Source of the DNA: Haliotis cracherodii
Taxonomy: Eukaryota
Length of the DNA stretch: 64,000 nucleotides
Direction of reading: 5' to 3'
Assembly (NCBI RefSeq): GCF_022045235.1
Contig: NW_027266319.1
Span: forward strand, 22,444,001 to 22,508,000
The notes below the pieces were generated by a model that searched no databases, was not told the DNA's origin, and saw only the letters and a program-made list of their open reading frames with translations. The number at the start of each line of letters is the position of its first letter. The first letter of the stretch is position 1. The translations under genes were made by a program, and so were the position numbers. This document shows positions 41,501 through 52,611 of this stretch, in pieces.

Positions 41501-41852
41501 AGGAGGGTGGTGAGTGTTTGGATTTTGTATTGAGACTTCATACTTTTCAGCTGATGATGCAAAACCAGATATTATTTTAGTTATGTTATACTTTGAACTT
41601 AAATAAAAAAATTGAAACCTACTATAAATTTGGTGGCAGACAATTTCGCTTTTTTTAAGCATAATTATTTTTTTCAATCATTTTTTGAAAGTTTCTTTTT
41701 TTCCATAAAATCCATGCACCCATATCAATTGGTCAGCTCCTTCTGTTATTCAACGTTTGTATATGGATTAAGCACACCAATAACCATGTTTCTTTCTTCC
41801 AGATAAACATCCTGTTATTGGGGATGTTTTTATCCTCTTTTTTATGTTTCAG

Positions 41853-41915
41853 CTTATAACTCCAAAGTTCCCGGTGGTTGTGAAAATAGGCCACGCCCAC
41901 TCCGGCCTGGGGAAG
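41853..41915 (+). CDS. SYN: Synapsin exon LITPKFPVVVKIGHAHSGLGK
   Basis: Polypyrimidine tract + ag at 41851-41852, AAG|gtgag donor; PVVVK.GHAHSG.GK synapsin motif. Confidence 0.95.
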
Positions 41916-42087
41916 GTGAGATAAAACAGAAGGATCTTGTCTTTGCAACTCAATTTTTTAATCTTTTTCCTTAATCTTTAAAGACAGAAAAAAAACACTG
42001 TTCCATTATTTAAATTGGTATTTTTTGTCTGTTAACTGTGAAGTTGGTATTCTATAAAGGTACTGAAGTAATATAGATATATATATT

Positions 42088-42251
42088 GGGGTGGGCGGGT
42101 AGCCTAGTGGTTAAAGCGTTCGCTCGTCATGCCGAAGACCCGGGTTCGATTCCCGACATGGGTAATGTGTGAAGTCCATTTCTGGTGTCCCCCGCCGTGA
42201 TATTGCTGGAATATTGCTGAAAGCGGCGTAAAGGCATACACACTCACTCAC
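42088..42251 (+). mobile_element. SINE family A
   Basis: Consensus match. Confidence 0.9.
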
Positions 42252-42700
42252 TAATATAAATAATACGACAGCATGCTGTAAACTTTGAAATCAGATATTT
42301 TATGAGGAGTACACACCAAATTCATTTACCTTTTTATTCAATTTTTTCATGTGATTAATCTACGATCAATAATCTCTAGTACTCAACTTTTGCTAGGGCT
42401 GTTCTGAGTGTCCTAAGTGCCTGGAGATGTTGACATATCAATAGATTTCAATGATGTCATTTGATTGACACATTTTCAATTTCATTTCAAGTCATCTAAG
42501 GTGTCACAAATCTCTGTGCAGAGTTGCTTCCCTTTGGAAATGCCAGATACATATGACCAATCATGTTTCTAGGTTTGTCTGCACCATACACATGGGTTTC
42601 ACAAAAGTTGTAACATTTGCGACCTTCATTGGGCTTTCTTCCCACATCAAGCTGACATGCTGTGATATGACTGAAATACTGTTTAACTCAGCATTAATCC

Positions 42701-42995
42701 GGGGCGGTCGGGTAGCCTAGTGGTCAATGTGTAAAGCCCTTTTCTGATTTCCCCCGCCGTGATATTGCTGGATTATTGCTAAAAGCGGCGTAAAACCATA
42801 CTCACGTCACGTCAATTATTGGGCCACTATGTTGGATGAAGTTAGTGGCTGATTGGTTATGTTGATATCTATTTAGGGAGAAATAAACTTCCAGGCAAAA
42901 AATGTATACACTTCAAATTTGGATTTGACCAAAATATTACAATCATTATCAAAACGTTTCTCGGCTGAAAACAGGCACTCACTCACTCACTCACC
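42701..42995 (+). mobile_element. Internally deleted SINE A with extra 3' sequence, inserted into the tail of an old SINE B (42495-42700)
   Basis: TSD cattaatcc on both sides; second ACTC tail at 42976-42994. Confidence 0.7.
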
Positions 42996-43005
42996 AACAT
43001 TAATC

Positions 43006-43180
43006 CAACTCTCTCTCACTCATGACAATAAACACAAGTACACATTTTTATTTAGTTGTTCACTAAATCTGTAACAGTTTGAATGTCTGGGTATCTCAAT
43101 CATTCAAACTGTTACAGATTTAGTGAACAGCTAATTAAAAATGTGTTCTTGTGTTTATTGTCATGAGTGAGAGGGAGTTG
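43006..43180. repeat. 80-bp inverted repeat with a 15-nt spacer
   Basis: 43006-43085 is the reverse complement of 43101-43180 with 4 mismatches. Confidence 0.95.
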
Positions 43181-43201
43181 AATGTCTCAGTATCTCAATC
43201 A

Positions 43202-43475
43202 ACCCGTAAAGATCCAGGGTAGAATAGATCTTCAGCAACCCATGCTTGTCGTAAAAGGTAACCATGCTTGTCGTAACAGGTGACTAACGGGATCGGGTAC
43301 TCAGACTCGGTGACTTGGTTGATGCATGTCATCGATCCCAATTGCGTGTATCAATGCTCATGATATCAATCACTGGATTATCTGGTCCAGACTTGATTAT
43401 TTACAGACTGCCGTCATATAGCTGGAATATTGCTGAGTGCGGCGTTAAACAACAAATAAACAAAACAAATAAACA
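43202..43475 (+). mobile_element. SINE family C
   Basis: Consensus match. Confidence 0.88.
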
Positions 43476-43860
43476 GTATCTCGATCATAAGTTGGGACTT
43501 ATATACAATAAAGAAAGGACTTATATACAATAAAGAAATCAAGGTAAGAGTCTTGCCCTCCTACATTTCAGACTATAACTATAGCGTGAAGATTGATTAG
43601 GAAAACTAAATTTGACATGCTTCCTATTGATTGTAAGAGCAGTTGAACATGGAACGTGTAATAGAATCCAATCAAACCAATATCAATAATCAATAACTAT
43701 CAAATAAATCAGGTGTCTTTTCGGAAATTGCTTTCAATTTGTACCCATGATAGCTGAAAAGCCAAAAGTCATGAATTATTAAAAACGTGTATTATATCAT
43801 AACCTGAATCAATCACTCATTAAGTATGAAGAAAATGTCATTCGTTTACAATGATTCAAT

Positions 43861-43987
43861 TCACTGAAGTGTTAAACGTCTAAGACCTGCATCACTTCGG
43901 GCTTTCCTCCCACATTAAGCTGACATGCCGCGATATAACTGTAATACTATTAAAAGTGGCGTAAAACCCAACTCACTCACTCACTCA
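43861..43987 (+). mobile_element. 5'-truncated SINE family B
   Basis: 3' half only; TSD acaatgattcaa. Confidence 0.85.
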
Positions 43988-44408
43988 CAATGATTCAACC
44001 TTGTATTTGAACTCAAATTTTCTCATTTCTATTTTAAGTGAATGTTTTTCAGCAAAAAATTATGTGCACAATGTATATGAGAAATGCATGAAAAGCATGT
44101 TGGAACAATACTTTCTGACCCAGTTATGAATAATATTTTCTTTCTGTCCTGTTAATCACTGTTGCAGCAGTTTCTGAGGTCATTTTGCTGTCAAATTTTC
44201 TCAGCTTATCTTGTATAAAGATGTGACAAAGTTAAACTGATGCTCTATGGTTGACCATGTTTACAAGGTATTTTGACTAAAGACGGGAGCTGTGGTATTT
44301 TCATCCTTGTGTACAATGTATCACAAAGTAGAAACGATATATGGATAACCACTTCTTTGATATACTGTCACAGCAACATTTCTGTATAGATCCCTATACC
44401 ATTATCAA

Positions 44409-44744
44409 GGGGGGCACGGGTGGCCCAGTCATCTAAGGCGCCGCAATTTGCTGTGCAGAGTTGCGTCCATTGGCCACGCCAGAAACCTATGATCGTGGGT
44501 TCGAATCCCGATTCGCCCCGATTATGTTTCTAGGTTTGTCAGCACCATACCCGTGCTCGTGGGTTTCACCGAAGTGGTAAGCGTCTGAGACCTGCATCAC
44601 CTCGGGCTTTCCTCCCACATTAAGCTGACACGCCGTGATATAACTGGAATAATGTTAAAAGGGGCGTTAAACCCAACTCACTCACTCACTCATCCTTACT
44701 GAAAGCAGAAGTAGTGAGTTCTCACCCACATACTCACTCACTCA
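44409..44744 (+). mobile_element. SINE family B with a 3' extension and a second ACTC tail
   Basis: Consensus match; the extension matches 29601-29641. Confidence 0.9.
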
Positions 44745-45408
44745 AGCAGTCACCCAATAAATGTCTAGGAAACAATAGAATGCACCAATGAAGCAGACCT
44801 TATTCAACATTTTAATGACATGCTGCCTCTGAAACCATCTTTGTGACACAGGAAGTGTCTTTGCATCATATATATTTCGTAATCACAAATCACAAGGTAT
44901 TTTTGTCCACTCGTGTTCAGTAACTACAAGAATGAAAGGCCAGTTGTCTAGGTGATCAAAAGTTTGGACTCTCTTGGTTTTTCAAGCTTGAAAATTGAAT
45001 TCAGGATGGACCAAAACTATTTTTTATATTTTTCAGAATTTGTTGTTGAATATGCCAAAAGTTGGGAAGCAAAAAGTGAAAAGAACAAAAATTGTCAGGG
45101 TCAATTTAAGGTTAAATTCTTTTGACAGTTATCAGAAAAATGCAATAACAACATATATCTGGAATATTGCCGAGTGCGACATTAAAAAACAACAAAAAAC
45201 ACACACAGAAATAAAAATAATATTAGAATGAAAAAACTTAGAAATCCAGGATATTACTTTTGGTATATAAATGTGATAAATGTTCATTATTGGGTACACA
45301 AGGGGGATATAGTTAAAGTTGTTATGAAGAAGACTCGAAAGTAATCAATGACATTATTGACAGTTGTCAAGCCTTTTTTTAACCAATCACTGCTCTGTTA
45401 TTGCCTAG

Positions 45409-45551
45409 GTGAAGATAGACTCTCCTCATTCATTTCAAGATATAGCAAGCGTGGTGGCGGTCACTAGATCATATGCCACTACTGAGCAGTTTATTGAAGG
45501 CAAATACGATATCCATGTTCAGAAAATTGGAAACAATTACAAAGCCTACTT
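45409..45551 (+). CDS. SYN: Synapsin mutually exclusive exon A: [47 protein letters not shown](L)
   Basis: Boundaries cctag|GTG and TT|gtgagt; 143 nt, open frame, phase 0-2; absent from the ORF track; paralogous to 46111-46253. Confidence 0.9.
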
Positions 45552-46110
45552 GTGAGTCCTCTAGTGTGTGTTTCCATGGCTGTTTTTTATCACCACCAGA
45601 TGTAATCGATGGAAGAATCAAGTGTCCATTCATTGAACTCTAATATGAAAAATTAATGTTTCCAAAATTTGGACAATTGAGGTTTGTAAATTTGTAAAAC
45701 TATTTGAAATAGGCATGATAGGATTCTTGGCACTTCCATCTGTCTTTTTGATCCGATTGGTGCACCTTTGTGACATAAGTTGTTCAGTCAATGGGGATAT
45801 GTGATGGGCTGATAAGGCCATATGACTTCCACCTTATCCTCAAAATGACATGATATTTTTTTTTAATTCTCGGACCTTTGGGATGTCAATAATTTTAAAC
45901 TGAAATTTATGAAAAAAAAAAAAAAAAATTATTATTTTTTGGCGGGGGGGATTAAACCAGCATTGAAAATCATGACATTTGTAAAGAACGGCCTGTTACT
46001 TTTAAAATGACATCACATATCCCAAGAGCTTTTCCCAAGTTTTGCATGGGTGCATGGGATTTTGTTCCATTATTTTGCCTTTTACATCCATATGCCTTCT
46101 CTCTGCTCAG

Positions 46111-46253
46111 GTTAGACTAGGCAGCCATTATGATTTTCAAGACATAGCAGGGGTGGTAGCAGTTACCTCCTGTTATTCCACAACCGAACCCTACATTGAC
46201 AGCAAATACGACCTTCACATTCAGAAGATAGGCAATAAGTACAAGGCATTCAT
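46111..46253 (+). CDS. SYN: Synapsin mutually exclusive exon B: VRLGSHYDFQDIAGVVAVTSCYSTTEPYIDSKYDLHIQKIGNKYKAF(M)
   Basis: Boundaries ctcag|GTT and AT|gtaagt; 143 nt, phase 0-2. Confidence 0.93.
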
Positions 46254-47398
46254 GTAAGTCACATGACTGTTTGACCTAGTTCCATGGTGAAAGGGTATGA
46301 CCTTTATGTAACCTTGACCCTAAATGACCTTGTTTTGATATTAATGCACCATGTATGGGCTTTAACTGAAAGTGTATTTTGTTTCTGGTTATTTTTGCAT
46401 GAAAGTATGGCATGGTTTCTTTGATTTCAAAGCACTAAGGGGAATATTAAGGGGGAAAATTACATTTATTAATTTGGAATCAGAGTATGTAACCAATGTG
46501 CGTGTAGATTTCAGTGTGTTGCATAGAGATACATGGCAAAGTAAATCTGTCACTTTTTTTGAAAATATATAATCAAACTCAATCATCTTCCATGCAGTAA
46601 AGGGGAATAACACTGTTCTAAAGGGGAATAACCCCTGCTGTGTCAAATAAATATGTGTTTTGTCATATTTCAATGAGATTTGTAATCAAATTGTAAATTT
46701 GTCATTTCTTTTCGTAATAATTCTCTCATGTTTTTCTGTATTTCGAATATATAGACAATTTGATCAGTTTTATCTTCAAATGATTTATTCATTAGCACAA
46801 AGTATTTGAAAAGTGATTAAAAATCTCATTCTGCATTAATTTTAACGAGATTTTTCAAATCGGGTACATGTAAGCGTTGATACTTTAATGTAATGCTGGT
46901 AATACTACAGTGTGAAAAAACTTGTTATTGTTACGTTATTTCAGTTCAAGAACTTTACATTTTGCTCTAGAGTTTTTTATTTGTTTACATATGTGTAATG
47001 AGGTGTCCTTTTCGGGGTTGTATTACTATATGCAGACTAAAAGCTGCCGGTCCTTCCTTCCTGGTATGAACGCGAAAGATGCATGATATTTATGACAAGG
47101 GTCAAGGTCGGGTCACCATTCTAGCTGCCTGTTAGTGGTGTCGTACCTGAATGCACGGTGTAGCAGTAGTTCACGTAGCGTTGTTGGACAGATTACCGTC
47201 ATTGTGGCGCCTCTAGACTAGACGAAGATGTTTGTCAGTAAAACACTTAGCTTCCTGTACTAATGAAAACATTCTCTGTCCATCTGAATGATTGGTGGCT
47301 TGTATTTGTTATAGCTATTGTTAAGGTAGGAATGTAACAAGTGTTCTGGTATGTGTCTGTTATGACCTTTGAACAACTTGTTTTCTTATCATGGGTGT

Positions 47399-47684
47399 GG
47401 GGCACGGGTGGCCCAGTCGTCTAAGGCGCCGCGATTCGCTGTGCAGAGTTGCGTCCCCTGGACACGCCAGAAACCTATGGTTGTGGGTTCAAATCCCGGT
47501 TCACCCCGATTATGTTTCTAGGTTTGTCAGCACCATACCCGTGCTCGTGGGTTTCACCGAAGTGGTAAACGTCTAAGACCTGCATCACTTCTGGCTTTCC
47601 TCCCACATTAAGCTGACACGCCGTGATATAACTGGAATACTGTTAAAAGGGGCGTTAAACCCAACTCACTCACTCACTCACTCA
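47399..47684 (+). mobile_element. SINE family B
   Basis: Consensus match; 16-bp TSD cttatcatgggtgtgg. Confidence 0.93.
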
Positions 47685-47832
47685 CTTATCATGGGTGTGG
47701 TAATGTTTTAATGTGACCTGGATCTGTGTTCAGGTTACTAAATACAAACATGTTTCAAATTTTATCAAATGCATGCCACATGTGTAAGTGCATGAACCTT
47801 TTATGCGAAATCCTGAAATATGTAATAGCTGT

Positions 47833-48630
47833 TTACTATATTCACTCTAGCTGTTAAAGGATTTCGGGGCAGAATATCCCCAGCATCTTATTTGCATTTG
47901 TGTGGGATCCTGTGGCCAAAGAGGCCCCCCACACCCTATGATTTCCTCTCTGTAGGATTTTCGGTCAGAATAGGTCCCCAAAACCTTGAATGAATGTGGG
48001 ATTCTCAGTCAGAGTAGGTTCCCAACACCAAATGTTCAATGTCTCTCTGTGGGGTTCTCGGTCAAAATAGGTCCCCAACACCCTATGTGTTCCTCTCTGT
48101 GGGATTCTCAGTCAAAATAGGTCCCCCAACACCCAATGTTCGATGTCTCTCTGTTGGATTATCAGGCAAAATTTACTTTATTCACTCTAGCTGTTAAAGG
48201 ATTTCGGGGCAGAATATCCCCAGCATCTTATTTGCATTTGTGTGGGATCCTGTGGCCAAAGAGGTCCCCAACACCCTATGTTTTCCTCTTTGTGGGATAC
48301 TCGGTCAGAATAGGTCCCCAACACCCTATGTGTTCCTCTCTGTGGGATACTCGGTCAGAATAGGTCCCCATCAACCTATGTTTTCCTCTCTGTGGGATAC
48401 TCGTTCAGAATAGGTCCCCAACACTCTATGTTTTGCTCTCTGTAGGATACTCTGTCAGAATAGGTCCCCATCAACCTATGTTTTCATCTCTGTAGGATAC
48501 TCGGTCAGAATAGGTCCCCATCAACCTATGTTTTCCTCTCTGTGGGATACTCAGTCAAAATAGGTCCCCATCAACCTATGTTTTCCTCTCTATAGGATAC
48601 TCAGGTTGAATAGGCCTCCAGCATCCCATG
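47833..48630. repeat. 50-bp minisatellite with a higher-order direct duplication (~47833-47980 vs ~48173-48320)
   Basis: Unit tgtgggatactcggtcagaataggtccccaacaccctatgtgttcctctc. Confidence 0.9.
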
Positions 48631-49224
48631 TTTGGTGCTGACTACTGAAGATCATATGGCCATGCTATTTGTTGCTCCGTGTCATTTGCATCTGACTTAA
48701 AATGAAGAAAATAGAGCAGGGTATACAGCACAATACAATCAAAACATAATATAAACAGGATATAATCCAGGATGGCTGTTGTAAAACTTTGCCCAGTTGA
48801 CTAAGCCACAGTTCACTGTAATGTGTTCCATCCCTTTTACCATACCATGTCCCAACTTGAGTGTAAAAAGTACAGCTAACCAGCTTCGGTGGCAGAGAGA
48901 CCAGTGATGTCATTTGATTGTGACATCATGGAAACTGATGATGTCACAATGGCCTGCAAAGCATTGTTATGTAATTTCATTATTGTAATATGTCCTAGTG
49001 ATCTCACCCAAGCAATATCTCCTGTGGATGGTAAATGACAATTGCAGATGTCATTAATGACATGACAAGGCTTTGGCAGAGGTCATTATCTATATTAAAT
49101 TGTAAGGTAGATGTTTGTGTACAAATAGAGTTTGTAAGGGCTCTTTCTTGAGCAGAGGCAATAGTATATTGCTGCTGTTGTTTGTTTGTTTGTTTATGTG
49201 TGATGTCACTTCTTTTAGTTTATG

Positions 49225-49260
<36 letters not shown>
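49225..49260. repeat. (CAT)12 microsatellite
   Basis: Read directly from the sequence. Confidence 0.95.
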
Positions 49261-49949
49261 ATAGTCTTGCTCTGTATTAATATACCACTGCACATGCTTT
49301 GAATCCATTTAAATGTCGATGTATTTGCCTGACTTTTTTTTAATCTCAGTTCATCTCTTCACTCATTCTACCCTGATTGATTTGACATTATCAATATTAC
49401 CTATACAATAATGTATACAATAATACATGTTATAACATTTTATCATATAATGTCATCTGTTGTGACATTTAATGTTGGATGCCTTTACAATAGTGTTTTG
49501 AATAATATTGATTCATTACCTATCATATTTCATGTTTGCTTATTTCAAGAACTGTCAGTTAGTGTTGAAATTATCTATAGAATTTAAACAATATAGCATA
49601 ACAATATAGCATCATTCTTATGTATGTGTTACACATGTTTTACCATTGTATACTTCACTGCAGATAACTCCAATGAGAATTAGAGGGAGAGATAGCACAA
49701 TGGAGAGTGTGTCTACTTGTCAGGCAGTGGGCATGGGTTTGAGCCAATGCATCATTAAAACTGGTGAAGCCAATATTTTGTATCCTCTAGCTGCAAGAGT
49801 GCTGACATGGCAAAATGCCCACCTCACTGCCTCACTGTAAACAGTGTGTAGTACAGGTTGCCCAGCTACACTGTGAGTGATGGTTTCCCTGTGCCCAGTT
49901 TTGTTCTGCTGAGCACTGCTGCCACTAACCTAGTTGTTCCTGACTGCAG

Positions 49950-50024
49950 GAGGAAGTCAATATCAGGGAACTGGAAGGCTAACACAGGATCAGCCATGTT
50001 AGAACAGATCGCCATGAATGAGAG
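49950..50024 (+). CDS. SYN: Synapsin exon [24 protein letters not shown](R)
   Basis: Boundaries ctgcag|G and AG|gtaagg; [20 protein letters not shown] is a highly conserved synapsin motif. Confidence 0.96.
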
Positions 50025-50232
50025 GTAAGGGTCATGTCATGTGAAGGGTAAAACACGCTCCCAAGGGTTTGTTTGATGTGTGAACATTAGCGAGAGGTAG
50101 CAGTGCTACACCTATTATGCTATACCTGTACATTTAACAAATATAATTAGTAGAACCTATGCAGCCTCCACCATTATCTTCAGTCTTCTATAGCAAAGTA
50201 GATGCAGACTCTTGCAGTATGTAAGGCTGGAT

Positions 50233-50743
50233 ATATGGGTACATTAATGTATATGTTCTCTGCAAAGATTCAAGGCTTGGGTACATTAATGTATATGTTC
50301 TCTGCATAGATTCAAGGCTTGGGTACATTAATGTATATGTTCTCTGCTTAGATTCAAGGCTTGGGTACATTAATGTATATGTTCTCTGCATAGATTCAAG
50401 GCTTGGGTACATTAATGTATATGTTCTCTGCTTAGATTCAAGGCTTTGGTACATTAATGTATATGTTCTCTGCATAGATTCAAGGCTTGGGTACATTAAT
50501 GTACATGTTCTCTGCTTAGATTCAAGGCTTGGGTACATTAATGTATATGTTCTCTGCTTAGATTCAATGATTGAGTACATTAATGTATATGTTCTCTGCA
50601 TAGATTCAAGGCTTGGGTGCATTAATGTATATGTTCTCTGCTTAGATTCAATGATTGAGTACATTAATGTATATGTTCTCTGCATAGATTCAAGGCTTGG
50701 GTGCATTAATGTATATGTTCTCTGCTTAGATTCAAGATATGGG
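50233..50743 (+). repeat. 42-bp minisatellite (12 units) containing the synapsin splice acceptor
   Basis: Unit gggtacattaatgtatatgttctctgc(t/a)tagattcaaggctt; the last unit's AG (50728-50729) is the real acceptor. Confidence 0.95.
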
Positions 50744-50832
50744 CAGACGAATGTGCAGAAATGTTTGGAGGGCTTGACATGGTGGCTGTGGAAGCAATAC
50801 AAGGCAAGGATGGGAAAGAGTACATCATTGAG
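50730..50832 (+). CDS. SYN: Synapsin exon [34 protein letters not shown]
   Basis: Boundaries tctgcttag|A and GAG|gtgagt; FGGLD..AVEA..GKDG..YIIE motif. Confidence 0.95.
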
Positions 50833-51095
50833 GTGAGTTGAATGTGTCTGGTTAATGTGATGAGATTAGCATGGTGAGTTTAGTGAATGTACTTAGGCTT
50901 CTACAGGTAAGACTTCAGTATACCATTAAGAAACCTTTACATCATTGTCAAAGGGCGTTATTCAGTACTGACATTTGGGCATTTAAGGATAATCAAAACG
51001 ATCTATGCTTTGTATGTTAGACTAAATTGGGTACTGGGATACTTTGTGGATTACATATCCTGTGTGGATTGTGTTCATCATATGTATCGCTGCAG

Positions 51096-51211
51096 GTGAA
51101 TGGATCATCCATGACGCTGCTGGGAGAGACGCAGGAGGAGGACCGCAGACACATAGCCGAGCTGGTTCTCGGCAAGATGCAGATCTATTGTCGACCCACT
51201 CCAACAATGAG
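51096..51211 (+). CDS. SYN: Synapsin exon VNGSSMTLLGETQEEDRRHIAELVLGKMQIYCRPTPTM(S), end of domain C
   Basis: Boundaries ctgcag|GTG and AG|gttagt; phase compatible with both flanking exons. Confidence 0.92.
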
Positions 51212-51221
51212 GTTAGTCCCT

Positions 51222-52140
51222 GAGGAGGGAGAGGAGGAAGGGTCACAGAGCCAGGGTGGAGGGAGGGGATGTTGAAACCAGGGAGGGAGATGCCAGGGAG
51301 GAGGGAGGCGATGAGAGGGCCAAGGAGGAGATAGGGGACAAGAGGGTCAGGGAGGGAGGTGTCAGGGTGGAAGGAGGCGACGAGAGGGCCAAGGAGGAGA
51401 TGGGGGCCAAGGGGGCAGGGACGGAGGTGCCAGGGAGGAAGGAGTCGATGAGAGGGCCAAGGAGGAGATATAGGACAAGGGGCCCAGGGAGGGAGGTGTC
51501 AGGGTGGAAGGAGGCGACGAGAGGGCTAAGGAGGAGATACAGAACAAGGGTGCAGGGAGGAGGAAGGCGACGAGAGGGCCAAGGAGGAGATAGAGGACAA
51601 GGGGCCCAGGAAGGGAGGAGCCAGGGAGGAGGGAGGCGACGAGAGGGCCAAGGAGGAGATAGGGAACAAGGGGGCAGGGAGGGAGGAGCCAGGGAGGAGG
51701 GAGGCGACGAGAGGGCTAAGGAGGAGATAGGGGCCAGGGAGGAGGGAGGGGACACTGGAGCCTGGAATGGAGGTGCCAGGGAGGAGGGAGATGACAAGCG
51801 GGCCAAAGAGGAGATAGAGGACAAGGGGGCAGGGAGGGAGGTGCCAAGGAGGAGGGTGACGAGAAGAAGGCCAAGGAGGAAATAGAGGACAAGGAGGCAG
51901 GGAGGGAATGATGGAAGAGAGGGCTAGAGAAGAGGGAGGAGGGAAGTGCAGGAGGGGGCAGGGAGGAATTACGAGATGAGTGGCCCAGGGAGGGGATAGG
52001 GTAACAAAGCCAAGGATGTATGGGGTGAGAGGGCCAGAGAGGAGTGAAAGGGTCAGGGAAGAGGGAGAGGATAATAAAGGAGAGGAGGAGGGATTGGACG
52101 AGAGGGCCAAGAAGGGATGAGATAGCTGGAGAGAAGGGAC
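51222..52140. repeat. Purine-rich (GGA/GGG) degenerate repeat in a synapsin intron
   Basis: Recurrent gagggccaaggaggagatag and cagggaggagggagg blocks. Confidence 0.88.
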
Positions 52141-52476
52141 TGCCAAAACGATGTCCTCACAAGAGGTTTGCTGTTTCCATTGTTACAATGCACTGTGAGA
52201 ACAATGAGCAATTGCACCCTAGTTATAAGTAATATTTGTGCAATATCATAGCCGAGGACACAAGCCCTATGCTTAACATGTTATATAAGCCCCTGAGGGG
52301 AACTGACCCCAGCCATCTCAGTTGGAAAGTTCTTACATGCATCACAGTCCAATGTTATCTTGGCTAGGGTAGAAAATTGGTTGTGATAGATTTCACTTTA
52401 TCCATTGAATCATATTCTATATTATTTGGATGATTTTGTTGTGGACACATCATGTCTGTGTATTCTGTGTTGCCAG

Positions 52477-52611
52477 CAAGACGTCAAGTACAGGAGGATT
52501 AATGCACTATGCCATGAACGGCAGCCAGGACCGCATGGGTCCCAACCAACCGATGTCACAGCAACAACAGCAGATGCAACAGAATCAGATGTCCCAGATG
52601 GCAGGCAACAA
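52477..52611 (+). CDS. SYN: Synapsin Q/M-rich domain-D exon KTSSTGGLMHYAMNGSQDRMGPNQPMSQQQQQMQQNQMSQMAGN(N)
   Basis: Boundaries tgccag|C and AA|gtgagt; 135 nt, symmetric phase 2-2. Confidence 0.85.

Noticed and set aside
50188-50802. 204-aa - strand ORF
   Set aside because: Antisense reading of the 42-bp acceptor minisatellite
51243-52146. Long G/E/R-rich and P/S/L-rich ORFs
   Set aside because: Low-complexity purine tract within a synapsin intron whose flanking exons already join in phase
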